A DNA stretch of 64,000 nt, taken from Sphagnum compactum. Taxonomy: Eukaryota. The stretch lies in the NCBI GenBank assembly GCA_965153455.1, contig OZ234493.1:12080213-12144212 (forward strand), read 5' to 3'. Positions 1-14,300 of this stretch are shown here, piece by piece; position 1 is the stretch's first letter, and each line of letters begins with the position of its first letter. The position numbers were made by a program, and so were the translations under genes. Under the pieces are notes generated by a model. The model had not been told where the DNA came from and made no database searches. It saw nothing but the letters and a program-made list of their open reading frames with translations.

Positions 1-423
1 GCACTAATGGCTGTTGGGCATTTTTAAAAAAAAATTTATGAATCATCTCCAACCAAGAGGTCAATTTTTAGATTTGCGAAAGGCCAAAACTTGAAAAAAT
101 AAATTAGAACAATTTTTTTTTTCCAAATTTCATATTAAATTTCAATATGTAGCCAATATTATTTATTTATTTATTTATATAAAAAAATTGGTTAAATTGT
201 CTTATAGATTATTTACCAATTTAACTACATCACAATATTTTTCAATAAAACATTGGTCTCATAATCCATTGTTATTATGTTATGTCACCACAATTCACTC
301 TTGTGCCATTGGCCTAGGTCAAAAATGGTCACCAACACAATTAGAAATCCACCCCAATGAATGAAGTGAGGCAACATGCACCCAAGGGGCTCAATTATTT
401 TTTCCTTCTAGAGATAAAAGAAA

Positions 424-431
424 GGGGGGGG

Positions 432-472
<41 letters not shown>
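424..472. repeat. G-run followed by (GA)n microsatellite
   Basis: Read directly; explains the spurious ERERER/LSLSLS ORFs at 357-636. Confidence 0.95.
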
Positions 473-476
<4 letters not shown>

Positions 477-2203
477 GGATTGTTTTGGAATTTGGTGTTC
501 TCAAATGTATTCCATATGGTTCTTTCATGTTCCCACCGAGTGCCCAATGGTAATTTATCATGTTTTGAATTTGTTCCTCAAATTCTCCCAATAGGTTCCT
601 AACAGGAGCACCCTTTATCCCATATATTTTGCTCAATGTCTTCCTCTTGTAATATACATAGGTAGCCCAAAAGAGAAAAGCTTACATTATGATTATTTAA
701 GGAGTGGCAAAAATTTGCTCACCACTTGTAGATCACTAGGTCATGTGGACAAGTCTATTTTTGGGGGTGATGGCCCACTCAAAGAGGTCCATCCCTAAAA
801 GGGGAAAAAAAAAAGAAAAAAAGGAAAAGGTCTTCACTATCCCCCTCCTTGCCTTCTTCCCCCCTCAACTCATTAATACTAATCAACAAACATAATCTCC
901 AATTCTCTTTAGGAGATGTTAAACACCCCCAATGAGCTCTATTCAAAATGCACTTGTTAGCAAAATAGTATTTAGCTTTGCCTAGAGTTGTGTGGTTCTA
1001 TCACAAGGTTTGATTAATTTGACCCTCCTTTTAAGCGAAAAAAAAAAAAATATGAAATAATTTTTTTAATGCCAAAAACTATGCTAATGGTTGGAATTTG
1101 TCCCTCTCTCTCTCTTGAGAAGGTGTTGGGTTCAAAGTCGTCAATTTGGGACATCATCGAAAAAGGCAAAATAAAAAAATAATTGTCACATGAGTAGCCT
1201 AGTGGAATTATATTAGGAGGTGTAGCCTATGATAATTAGGATGATTTTCAACATGTCAACTAACTTCATATTTTCACAAAAATTCATTTCACTATTTTGA
1301 GGATTATTTAACCGACCTTAAGGTAATAAGGTATGCATAGTGGGTCAACAAGCAATGGCACTTAGACAAAAGCCAACTTGATTGATTAGTAGTAACACAT
1401 GAGTGACTTGACTTGACTTATAATACAAGATCCTTTGTCATCTTTCCATTTTTGGGATGTGGGGGAAGCAAACCTTTTGTTGCTAAAAAGAAAGGAATTT
1501 AAAAACAATTAGCCTCTCAAAATGTCAATCTTGATAGGTAACTCTTTTCTTATACCCTCAAAATATGTTCTCTCGATATGTTGTCAATGTTTTTTTTGTT
1601 TTTTCCAATGTGTTCCTTATTTTTATGGTGTACATTATGCTTTGCTAAATGTTCCTTATGTTGTTCCCACGGTTCCCGTGCGTCCTCATGTTGTGTCCTA
1701 ATATGTAGCTTCACTTTGTATATCATATTACTCACCCAAGTCTCCTACTCTTCTAGCCTACATGATAGGTGAGTGAAATGGACAAGCTATATTGGGAATG
1801 TCCAAACTTTAGAAATTTCTCTCTTGAGAGAGTGTAAAAAAGATTCTAAACCTTTTTTCTTTTCTTAACCGACCGAATCAACAACACTCATCAACCCCAA
1901 AAAAAAAAAAAAAAAAGGAAAAAAAAGAAAAGAGACTTTGGATGCACCCACAACTAATTATAGACTCGGGGGCATTGTATCACTCTACTATTTTCCCCCC
2001 CTCCCCCTCCTCCCTCTAGAGTAAACCTATGCTAGTGTGCTTTTTGAACTCTCTTCGCAATGACAAAGTTTTTGCCAAGGTGCACAAACCCATCTTCTTC
2101 ACAATGTTGACATGTTGTCAAGAAGGGCTTCAAAGTCATGAAGGAAGGAAGGAAAGAATGGTGCAATTTGCTCACGAAACACATGAAAGAAAGTCCACCA
2201 CCT

Positions 2204-2486
2204 ATGCAAAAATATACCTAATCTTCAATAAAATCCTCTAAACGAAACCAAAAATCCTTCAAGATATAATACATAATAACTCTATTATAACTAATTTCAA
2301 GTTTCAACACAAGCCAAAATTATATCATCTTTCAAAAATCCTCATATAAAAATAAATAGACCTATTATTATTATTTATTATTATTATTATTAGTATTTAC
2401 CTAGGAGCCAAAAACCCTTAAGCTACTATACTCTATACTGAATCTAAACACAATATACCCTTGCCTACCAAGGCAAGGCCAATAAG
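2204..2486 (+). repeat. Dispersed AT-rich repeat family A, copy 1 (probable non-autonomous TE)
   Basis: Shares blocks such as CAAGTTTCAACACAAGCCA and TCAAAAATCCTCATATAA with copies at 30711-31077, 31808-32149 (inverted) and 56045-56207. Confidence 0.85.
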
Positions 2487-3132
2487 GGACCCCCGACACC
2501 ACCGGGTGCCAAGGGCATGTCCTATTTTTTGGTAAAGCCCTAGTCTGTAACCACAAGAAAAATTTCAAAAAATTTGTCTCGTTATACTTGGCGAGTATCC
2601 ATGGATAACCCACCAAGACAAATACCCTGGAAAAAAAAAATTGAAAAATTCGGTGAGGGTGAGTGTTTTTTTTTGAAATATGTAAATGCTCGCAATGGTG
2701 ACCATTACAATTTTTTGAAATGCCCATAGTGAGCGAGAATTTACGTTTTTCAAAAATGCTGGCCCTTTGCAAACACCAAAAAAAAAAAAAAAATTTAAAT
2801 TTCGTAACGCTACCTCTAATATACACTTATGAATTTTCACGTAGGTATTCCGTCTTGCAAAATTCATCATTTTTCCATAAAAAAGAATCAACCAAGTTTC
2901 GAAGAGGCCTCTTCGACGTATCGTTTTGTTCGTTCGATATAATTAAACCCAAGTACGGCATGGCCCAATGTATACCAACCGCAAACTCACTCACGGATCA
3001 GGATGACAACTACCGTCCCACCAATGCATGACATCTTGAGCTCCGAAAATAGTAAGCCCATGAGAAAAAGGCTATCTCCGGACATAGAAACATGAGAATC
3101 CCAAATCCCGCAAATCAAACACATGGGGTCCC
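2486..3132. mobile_element. Possible non-autonomous element (MITE-like)
   Basis: GC-richer block bounded by a short inverted pair, GGGACCCC (2486-2493) and GGGGTCCC (3125-3132). No convincing TSD. Confidence 0.25.
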
Positions 3133-6100
3133 CTCTCTATTTATTTTTTTTAAATTTAATTTTGCTTTGAGAGGACGAGGCCAAGGACAAGGAAGACCCC
3201 TTTTGTTCGCCCCAAAAAAAAATAGTTATGATTGTGGTGGTGAAGTACCTAACGGTTTTGGTGTTGTGACGATAATATATTTGTTAAAAAATAATAATTT
3301 ACTAAGTGTCTAGAGTTTTGCCGTTTTGCCCACATGATTTTTTAATGGCTATAGGTTTCCTTCTTTTTAGAATGTAACAAATAAAAAGTGTAAAAAAATA
3401 CACGAGGCCATGCCATGATATTTGCATTATTTATGTTTCGCCATATTTAAATAAAATTACACTTCAAATTACACCATTCATAAATATGTAGCACATTTTT
3501 TATATTACTTAAACAAACCCACTTAAAAAATTTGGAACTAAAACCAAAATTCTCACAAGCAATAATACCCAACAAATTAATTAGAATAAATATTTCAAGC
3601 AAATTAAGTATCTAATTATTTGCCTTATCTTATCTAATCCTAGAGTTTTAAGTTCTAGTTGTTTAAGCTAGGTCTAATTATTATTTTTAATTAGTAATTA
3701 CTTTTATAAGTGTGCTTGAAGATCACCTCTTTCTCTCCCCTTAATGTCCAAGCTACTTCTAATGCTACCATGTTGTAGACCCAATTGAATGTGTAATAAT
3801 TCCCTAAAGGGATAGCCCAATAAAACTTGAAGAATCAACACTTTGGGTAACAAATTTTAACAAAACTTAAGATCACCAAGCATAAATAAAATCATTTAAT
3901 ACCCTTTTTTTTTCTTTATTAAACCTTGTTAATTAGTGACATTAAACCTAGGAATCAACAAATCACCTTCCAAATTAAACAATGAATTTGGTGTCCTATG
4001 ATGCACATATTAATAGTGTTCCATTTTTACAATTTAAAAGGACATATTTCACCTATTATTATGTTTTAATATAAGATGGAAAATGGAACATTGTTTTGTA
4101 ATGGAAGAAATCATATATATATTCAAGAAAATGATTGGCATATTTTACCAGGCAATTAAAAATTATCAAATAAGAAAGGGTTTCATGAAAGTATAAAAAA
4201 AGGGGTTGCAAAATCCATTAGGCCAAAATTTGCTACATCATTGTGCATTAATTTGCAATTATATAATTTTGAACTTACTATTACCACAAACATGGTTAAG
4301 TATTGGTAATGATAAAATTGAAATTAATTATGCTTTTATCCAAAGCTAATAAATTATGTAATTCAAGTGTGGTCATACACACCTTATTTCGCAAACTTGG
4401 CTACTTTATAAAGTCTATGCTCTATACAAGTCCAAAACATAATAAGATGCTTTGATGCAACATTTTTTTCTTATTGGTGAAATTTCAGTTAAAAGTGAAA
4501 TTGAACATTAAAATGCAAAATGATATGATTTTTGGGATTTCCAATTGCTAGAATATTTTTTTAATCAAGAAAAATGGCTAGATTTTTATATTTGGTTCAA
4601 ATAGGTAGTAAGAAATATAGAAGGAGGATTTTTCATTTAAAAAATCATATCTAGTCTAGGGGGGAAACCATATGTATTTTTACCCTTAATGTACATGTGT
4701 CAAAGAAAATACTCTTTTGGGGGCTATTATGTGAGTGAACTTTAGTTTTTTCACCCTATTATCATCTCACCTTATTATCATCTAAATTTCTAATATCCAC
4801 ATATATATATTTAAAGCACCTAAAACTTAATTTAAATTCTCATTTGCTTTGAATTTTAGCATCATATATTTGTTTAATTTTTTAGTCTTAGTTGAAAGTG
4901 TGAAAATACATGTTCTCCATCCTTTTACTTGAACATATTAATATAAATACTTAAAGTCTCTTGTAAATGTGTTACAATTTTTTTTAAAAATGAAATACCT
5001 ATTTTTAATTCACACCATATATTAATTATATTTGAATTTTGAAAATAAACTTAATTTTATTGTAAAAGTAATGGAATTAGAAATTTTCCCACAACCAATC
5101 ATGATTTTCTTTTTCAAATTCCTCAGATAGGTCCACTAACTAGGATCCTCAACATCAATTAACATTAAATGGCAACATTCATCATTTTTATTTCGAAAAA
5201 TGGTCAAAAATATCTAGAAATCACAAAAATTCAAGATTTTTTCATTTGATCTGAAACAAATCATCAAGTTGCAAAATTTCACCCAAAAAAAACACTACAA
5301 CTAATATATGGGACCTTAAATTTTTGTTCACATGGTTTTCAAATTACAAAAAAAATATCACCCACCCATGTATCTAATTTATGACCAAATTTGATTAAAT
5401 TTTCCTATGGATAATTGCCATTTTGTTACATCGCAAAATTGATGAAAAAAACATGTTTTCATGCTCAACACCCCAAAGCCCATGATCATAAAAATGAAAA
5501 ACAATAGAAGGTGAAATGAACCTTTGTTCACTAATAATTGTAATATAAACTTCCATCATATAATTGAACACATTAAATTACTTTCGTCCTTGGAATCCTT
5601 TTGATTGCCATATTTTGAATTTATATTAGTGATTTTACATGAACATGAAAACCGACTATCATAGTAGAGGGGGAGCTTCAACACATGTTGGTCAAATAGT
5701 TAATTAGGTTTGAAGATTTTGTTTTGAAAAAAATATATATTTGCCAAACATTTCGAAAGATTTTTCTTTTTTAAAAAAATTTTTAAAAAAGAAATTTGAA
5801 ATTTGAAATTTTCAGCATTTCTAAAAATAATATAATTTGTGTTGAAGCCACCAAGGTATTACAATATTCAATTTTCACATTCTAAAATAATACAAATAAT
5901 CACGTTAAAAACTTGAAATTTGTTCAAGTACGAAAAAAATTTAGAGAGTTAAAAGCAAGGAAAAACAATTCATAGGTTATATAAATCAAATTTTTGGCCA
6001 TATTTCCCACATATCATCAATTAAAAGGTCATTAAGAACTAATGTAACTGGCTTCCTTTCTTCATTCCTACTAGTGGGTCCTTGTGTTTTGCTCAAATAT

Positions 6101-6611
6101 ATGAAACATCCTGAAAGGGTCACCCATCCCAATATTATTTTGGTCAAATTGGGCTTAAATTTAGAATTATAATGAAAAAAAATCAAAATTTTAAAGGCAT
6201 TATATATATACAAATCTTTTCAAGGCTCAAAGAGACATGACTTAAAAAAAAATTCCAATTGTGAAAAAAATCTAAAAACTATTTATGGAAAGATAAATAA
6301 AACTTATACAATGGGATTAATTTAACCTTACATTGAGTAATTCAAACTTAAGGTGAAAATTTTAATAATAAATTTAATTGACATGTAAATGATCGAGGAG
6401 AGTATTTTAATCTTCTAATTTCAATCAAGGGGTTGAACTAACCTTCTTATTCCACCCAAAAAAACTTGAAATCAAATCTCAAAAGTTCAAGATGTTTATA
6501 TTTCGAAGAATAAGATAACTCAAAACATTTACCCCTTCCTTAATCCTAATGACACATCACTTGCCAACTCATTTTTTGAGTTGTTCTTTTTTGTGTGTGT
6601 GAATGAGACAA

Positions 6612-6862
6612 AATTAGGGTTAGGGTTAGGAATGGACTAGTTTACATTTTTTAGTCCATTCCCATTATCACCTCAATGTCAATTTAGCTTATGCGTGTTC
6701 TTAGATATGACTTACAATGGTCAACCCCATTAAACAAATCACCAAAGATAGTTATGAATAGCTTGGGATATAATAATTGAGAGAAAAAATGCAACATGTT
6801 TTTCTAGTTAATTTACTAGTATTAAATATTTAAACTCTAACAAATTAGGGTTAGGGTTAGGA
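6612..6862 (+). repeat. Two copies of AATTAGGGTTAGGGTTAGGA (short interstitial telomere-like motif)
   Basis: Identical 20-mers at 6612-6631 and 6843-6862. Confidence 0.7.
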
Positions 6863-7482
6863 TAGATTGTGATATGCAAGCCTCAAGTTGACTATAAACC
6901 ATAAACCGCCAGTATCACAAATCTAAATATATTTCAGGAACAACATAGTCGGTTAAGAAACCTTCAACAAGCACAAGCACAACATACTCTTACTCCAAGA
7001 GTAAAACTTTTCATTGTCCTCTTTTTTCTAAGAGACCAACTTTGCATTGTTGGAATAAAGGACATTTGACCCTTAAGTTCCATGAGCCTCTTGGAGGCTT
7101 TTGGAACATTCCCAACACTCAAAATTGTAGAAAACTTTGAAATTCTAAAACTAGATTGCATCACAAAAATCAACAAAATGTTAGATTTGAAGTGAAGATC
7201 ATTGACAAGCTGCGACCCAAAAAATTTGAAAATTGAGGCTCAATGAGTTTTAGCACTTTGATTGGCATTATTAACACTTTGTTGATTGGCATCATCCGAG
7301 GACAAGCAAGTGTGGCACAAGTCAAAACCATACATTTCAATGTCAATTCACGACACCCAACACCTTCTTCCTCATTGTTGCATCCTATTGTGGACTACTA
7401 AAGAGCAAAGTCAAGCAACCATGCCCAAAAAACAACAACAACAACCCCAGCAAAAATCATGCACCTAAGTTATGACTTTACA

Positions 7483-7689
7483 CCACCTTGCCATTGCCCA
7501 AATGTACAAAAAGGAGTAGAAAATAATACACACAATCCAAACTTGAGTATATTATAATTTAGCCAACAAACCACCTTGCAATTGCCAAATGTACAAAAAG
7601 GAGTCGAAAATAATATATACACAAACTAAACTTGAGTATATTATAATTTAGCCAACAAACCACCTTGCAATTGCCAAAATTGTAACAAA
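7483..7689. repeat. Tandem repeat, ~88-89-bp unit, ~2.3 copies
   Basis: CCACCTTGC recurs at 7483, 7571 and 7660, with a shared AACTTGAGTATATTATAATTTAGCCAACAAAC. Confidence 0.9.
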
Positions 7690-9168
7690 CATGGTTGAAA
7701 AGTATAACACACAATTAAAACTTTGAGTACTATACGATAGCCAAATTTCAATGGATTAGTAGATTGACCCCTTCTTGGCCCCCATCTTCTATAGGTGCAA
7801 ACCATGGTGAAACTTAGCATCATATGGTTAATGGGCTCAATTGTACAATTGTTATACCATTCTTTAGTGCCTCCGTGACTACTATACTTTACCTTGTTGA
7901 AAAATCATTTTATTGGATTGTTTGAAAGGGTTAAGGAAGCGACCTAAACTAGGGTTTAACTAGGGTTTACCTTCGTTCAATATCTCTAATCGATGGCGTA
8001 CCCAAGCTATTGTTTGTCAATGGTCCAATTATCAAATACCCAGGATGATACCGCCTTTCCTTTGCCCCCGTTCTCCCCCTCTAGCCCACCTAACATCCAA
8101 CATCCATCCAAATGAGTGCTGGATTGGTTCTGAATCGGGTCTCAAGTTCATTCGCAAACCTATAAATAATACTATGGTAACCTAGTCCATTTGGCAAAGC
8201 TCTTTTGCTTGGGGGGTGCAAATGAACAAATCTCCGTATTTGATGGATATCCTCAAAAAATGATATCCGCCCAACAACGGTATATATATATAGGTCAAAT
8301 ATCAAAATTTCAATTTTTTCAATCCAACCCGAATATTAGTGTTCTTGAATATCCATCATTTATTTATTAATTGAATATCAGCAAATTCAGAGATCAAAAA
8401 TTCAAAATTTTATTTTACCAATTATGTTGGGTGCGAGTCTTTTTTTTTGGGGCAAATTTTTTTGCAAAAAGAAACAACCCTTTTTTTTAAAGGAAATATT
8501 TTGTCACAAATTTTTTTTTGGGGGCTAAAAAACATTCGCAAAAAATAAATAAATCAGAAATTCAATTTTTAAAAAAAGTATACCACAATCATAACTACTA
8601 CTCACTACAACTTTGAAAAGACCTCTGAAAAATGTGTCCCCCAAAATAGTCTAAAATTGTGTAAGGTTTGATATTGCCTGAGGTCATACTAGCCTGGAAG
8701 GGTTCTTGATACGAGTGTTGCTGACACCAGACAATAGTCCAAACCCTAGTCCAAACCTCAAAACAATAATTAATTAATTAATTACTTAAAATTAAAAAAG
8801 AAAGAAAGATCAAAGTTCAAACCTCAAAACACAAATAATAAATAAATAAATAGATATAAAAAGGAAAAAAAAGAAAGAAAGAAAAATGTATTCAAAGTTC
8901 AAACCCAAACAAATAACCAGGTAGGTTTTAGAAAACCTAAACCTAAACCTAAAATATGGGTGACATATAGAAAGGGTTACCACTACTTGTGAGAGCCTAG
9001 ATGAGGACCCTTTGCTAAAAGAGAACTTAGTAATAAGAACTACATCTACAAGCCACTAACTTAACCTCACCCAAGAGTTAGCTATTTGCGAGTTTATGGT
9101 AGCAAACATTGGAGACGTGGCCATGCCCACATCTTTCATAATTTTAGCAAATTAGGTCAGCCATATCC

Positions 9169-9169
9169 A

Positions 9170-9206
<37 letters not shown>

Positions 9207-9285
9207 AGATATATAAGGTTTATATATGTACATATATAAAGGTTGGAGGGAAAGGTAGGTAGGTAGGTAGGTAGGTAGGTAGGTA
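9169..9285. repeat. (ATAC)n and (TAGG)n microsatellites
   Basis: Read directly at ~9169-9197 and ~9253-9285. Confidence 0.9.
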
Positions 9286-10261
9286 TCACCTTATAGATGC
9301 TCTCTTCCCCCCAATCAATTGATAAAAGGAAGTGGGAAAGGAGAATAGTAATAGCTTATCAAGTTCCTTTCCATTATTTGGGTTTGAGTATAAAAAGTCT
9401 CCACATCATGATGATCTTGTAACAACACTATTTATTCTTTTTGCCAACAACAAAAGAAAAGGGGATTTTATTTTGTTTTTGTTGGCATGGAATTCAATGT
9501 TGCCCATCATCAATGTTTTCATATCTTTTTGTTTTTCATGTTTTCATAAGACAAATAGGTATTGGACTTCCATCCCTTGTGAGAATAGGGTAGACCGGCC
9601 CTTCACCAATTGCTTGCCTTTGCCTGAACATTTATTTATATCTTCATCATATGTGTTTCATTTTGAGTGATTTAAAATGTTATGAGAGTGCTACCTCAAG
9701 CTTTAAAATTCATCTTTGAAGTGCAAATAAAAAAGAATAATGAACCAAATAACAAGAAGAAAAACAAACCTTCCAACTTACAAAACGTGTTTTTTTTGTC
9801 TTTTTTTCCCTTCTCTTTGGACCCCTCTTATTTTCAAATCTCATAACTTTCTTATTTTTTAATTCATTTTAAACGATTTAAAGTGTTATAAGAGTGCCAA
9901 TTGAAGTTCTACAAATCGTCTTTAAAACTCTAATAACAACATAGCAACATACAAGGAATTTTTTGAGTGTTTGAGAATCAGCCTTTGATATGTCTTTCAT
10001 ACGTGCAACGTTTCTGCAATTTGAGTTTCGCAACTACTTCCATCTCATCTCATCCATTGTTCACTAGCACTAACCAGCGCATCATCCACTGGATGCCGAT
10101 TATGACTGAGTTATGGATGAAACTCATCCACAACTCAGTTAATATCCGGTTTCACCTTGGTAACACACTCTGTAAGAAATAAGTGATGTATATATAGGTA
10201 GTTATGTGAGGAAATAGATCTTGACTAGGTATGTAGAGGGTTTGTACAGAGATAAATACGG

Positions 10262-10416
10262 CTTTTTACTACCTATCTACTAAACAACCTGCTTTGGTGG
10301 GTTGTTAGTAGGTAGGTAGTAAAAAAAAAGCAACTGATCTAACCACCATGGTTAGCTAGGGGAACTCAAACCCAACTGAAATAGTTCATGACCACTTATC
10401 ATCCATCCTTCGTGGT
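10262..10416 (+). repeat. Dispersed double-hairpin repeat B, copy 1
   Basis: Collinear with 52939-53102. Contains a ~26-bp imperfect stem and the stem CTAACCA-cca-TGGTTAG. Confidence 0.85.
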
Positions 10417-10931
10417 AGGATATGCAAGTTTTTGCTCGGGGCTAATCAACAACCATCACATTGGGAGTTACATCTCATCCATGGTGGATGAAGATGCTCA
10501 TCCAATCAAGTACCCCAAGAGAAAATTTTGAAATTTAGTGTTGTATTAAGATGGTGCTTTTTAGGGTTAGAGTAGAAAAGGCTTATGTCCAAATATGTTT
10601 AGGTTTGCTTCAAGTATAATTGTATTAACCCTTTTTTTTTTTAAATTTAAAATCGGAGACCTTGATTTAGTCTAATCAGTGGATGTTTGTAATATTTAGA
10701 AATAATTTAAATAGATTTTGGGGATTTTTACCATGGTACCAATGTGGGTGCTCGTGAACGGGTTCAAGGCAAACTTGGCAAAACCCTTTAAAACTAACAC
10801 GTCTTTATTTTGGTAATGCCCCTTGCCCTTGTGCTTTAGCTTACACATATTTTTAAAAGTAAGAATAGGGCAATGAGCAACCTAAGCTAGATTTACCCCC
10901 AATTATTAACAACAATTTTTTTTTATAAATC

Positions 10932-11231
10932 ATCTAAAGTTTTCTCCAACCACCATTAAAGTGACAACATTTTTTGTCAAAAATTCATAAATTCACCCAA
11001 AGAGTCTTTGGGCCTGCTTTCAGCCTGTAACCCCTCTTTCAGTGGTATCTATGAAGTAAGGAAATTTTATTAAATCTCAGTATGAAATTGATCTAAAGTT
11101 TTCTCCAACCACCAGTAAAGTGACAACATTTTTTTGTCAAAAATCCATAAATTCACCCTGTCTTTGGGCCTGCTTTCAGCTTGTAACCCCTCTTTCAGTG
11201 GTATCTATGAAGTAAGGAAATTTTATTAAAT
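10932..11231. repeat. Direct tandem duplication of ~140 bp
   Basis: 10932-11075 and 11091-11231 are near-identical (ATCTAAAGTTTTCTCCAACCACC...GAAGTAAGGAAATTTT). Confidence 0.95.
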
Positions 11232-11244
11232 GGTTTTCTGAAAT

Positions 11245-11362
11245 CCCCCCCCCCCCCCCCCCCCCTTTCCCTCGTCTCAATGCGAATGTACTTTTTTGTA
11301 GGTTTTTGTACTTTAGCACCCAATTTTCTCCTTGCACATATGGGGGGGGGGGGGGGGGGGGG
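11245..11362. repeat. C21 and G21 homopolymers 76 nt apart
   Basis: C run 11245-11265 and G run 11342-11362, followed by (CA)n. Confidence 0.9.
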
Positions 11363-14300
11363 TACACACACACACACACACATATATATATGGTATGTTT
11401 GTGGTCCCACAGACAAGAAAACATGAAATTTTTAAGAAGCCCAGAAATTGAGGGAACTGGAATGGGCTTTGCTTGGGTTGGATCCCAATACCTACCATGC
11501 ACAAATGTGAATCTATCGACAAATTGCTAAAATATTTTTATTTTTATTTTCTAAAAAAATGTAAACTATTTAAAATGAATAAAATGCTTTCTTTAATGAA
11601 TTAAGCTGTTGAATTTTACAAAATTGAAAAATCAACATACTGATTTTCTTTTTATCTATATTCTTCATCTTACCCATGTAGGTAGCATTTCTTTACTCTT
11701 TTCTTTTCTTTAATGGGTGTGAGAAGTCCGTCTACTTCCCAAACAAGCCCAAAAATAATAGAGTTACTCAAAAGAAAGTTCTAATTCCTTGCCCCTTGTC
11801 CTCGGATTCGCTTGACCCAGCCCTCACAATGCAATGTTTGTGGGGAAGTGAGACTGGATGGACTCAACTCATCAAAGAAAGAATTGCAACAACCCTATGA
11901 ACAATTTGTTGCTTCCTCAAAACCTCCTCTTGTCTAAAGTTAACCAACCTTCCTTGTTATCCAATTGTGAGCTTGTTCTTGTTAACCCCATACCCAATAA
12001 TGGGGACATTAGTGCTTCAGCTTATGTGACTTGATGCTCAAAGCTCGTGTCCAATATGGATTGGATTAAAATTTAAATTTACATACGTATTAAAGTAAAG
12101 CGTCCATTTTGATCACAATGGGAAAATATAAAAGTTTGGGCCAATTTTAGACAAGAAACTTGAGGAAACAAACAACCTCCTTCCTTTAAACAAATTCCCA
12201 ATAATGGACAAAGAGATAGATGATTGTATCTATGTATGATGAAATCCTAATGCTCAATGCTTTCTTTCCATGATGGATTAAAGTAATGTATTTTTGAAAA
12301 ATACATATTTCAAAGGGCTTTCTTTATAAGCCAACCATCCCCCATTTTGTCTTCCCAAGAATGAAATTCAATGTGGTTGGTTTTTGGGTTTGGATAAGTC
12401 ATCACAAACACAAACATCCCAAATTAGTAACTACCCAACAACCCAAGAAGTTTGAACTTGGGTGATAATTCTCTCAAGAAGTTTGTGAGACTAGTCAATG
12501 ATGATTCGGGTCCTCCCTCAATTTCCAAATGGTTTAGTGATTAGCATTTTTTTTATTCTTCTTTGTTTTTCTAGTGGTGGCATGTGTACCCTTTTTTTAA
12601 GTGGCAAAACAATGGGCCCCTCTTGAGCTCAAGACTTTTTGGAACTAAGATGGTTTGTGGGAGCTTGAGCCATGTACGGGTGGATGGGTGTTTCCTTGCT
12701 ACAACAAAAGTCTCGAGTAATTTACGCGTTTGTGTTGCCAAATTGTGCCTTGCTTTCTCACTCGTGACTTTGCTAATTTAAGGTGGCCAATTTTAATTTT
12801 ATTATTAAAATTTTTAACAATTTTTTATGAAATTTTTATGTTAAGCTAAAAATTAACTTAACATTAAGCTATCAGCCATTTAGCATTGGGTGCCACCTAG
12901 GATGCCACCTAGATTTTTTTTTCATTTAACACTGACTTAACATCAAGTGTGAATGCACTTTTTGCAATCTACACTTACTCTGAGTAACATTTGTCATTTG
13001 TGCCAACCAAGAAAAAGTGTAGGGTAAAAACCCGAGGGGATTCTGAGCGCTCGTCTGCATTTAAACGATGTGGGGGCATTTCCGAACAACTTCTATCTCA
13101 CACAAGGCATTATTAAATAACTTGAATTTATAAAATATATGTACGGTGAATATAAATACATAATTCCCATGAATTGGTTGTTGGGTGACAATTATAACTT
13201 AATTAATTTTACTTGAATAGGAATATGTCTATTTTTAAAAATTCAAGATATGCATCATGTTAAGGGTAGAATTGTATTATAATAATCAAATGGACTTGGA
13301 TGCATGGGAATAGTGAATAGGAGTTGTAATGTTTTAATTCTACACAAGCTAAACAAAAAAGAGATTTAGTAAAAATAGAAATGGATAGTAGTGGAGGATG
13401 ATTAGGGAAGATTAGGACTTATTGAGGATAAATTCAAATGAGTTTAAAGCATAAGAATTGAAGGGATTTAAGATGTTTTGGAGTTTTTTTTGGTTGTTTT
13501 TGGGACACAAAATAGAGAGCATATTAATTTTTAGAGTTTAGATAATAATTTTGATGAAGTTATTTCAATATGTTTTCTTTTAGTTTCTTCATTGTTTTTG
13601 TTTTTTTTTCATTATATATATATAATTATTTTTTGAAAAAATCTGTTTTAATATGAGAAGTGAAACTGTTGCAGAATTGTTGGAGATTTAGAACTATGTA
13701 GACTCACACTTGCTATGAAAAAGTGTTGATTTGTAGTCTAGATTATGTATTTTGTTCATGAACAGATGATTAGGTGACTGAAATTTAACACGCTAAAAGA
13801 ATGAAATTTTAATTTTAATAAATTTTTAAAACATTACAATTTACCACATTAATATTAATCCCTAGTATTAGAATTTTTAAAAACATATATACATAACATA
13901 TGAATTAAATATTTTAAAAGTATTAATTGTTAATAAGTTCAATTAGTAAGTTAGTAAATGAATTAATAATTTTAAAAAATAGAGGAATGTGAAGTGAACA
14001 TGGAGGAACATGAAAATAAAGGATCCCTCCACACCATTGACAATTGAATAATTTTGGAACAAACTTACATTTTATATGGGTATTTTTGTTTTGTCACCTC
14101 CCAATTCTTTAGTTGAACAATATGCTATATATATATATATATGGTAGGTCAAAAAGATATTGTTTTATCATGTGATCCTATCATCTTTGGTTGCAATATC
14201 CTCATCATTTCTCACAACTTCAACTTCAAAAACTAAACTTAAAATTTTAAAATAAATATATAAAAAATCAAAACTTAACGCAAAAATTGAATATGAATCT

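Noticed and set aside
357-636. 81-aa ORFs on both strands
   Set aside because: Generated by the (GA)n microsatellite and adjacent low-complexity repeat.
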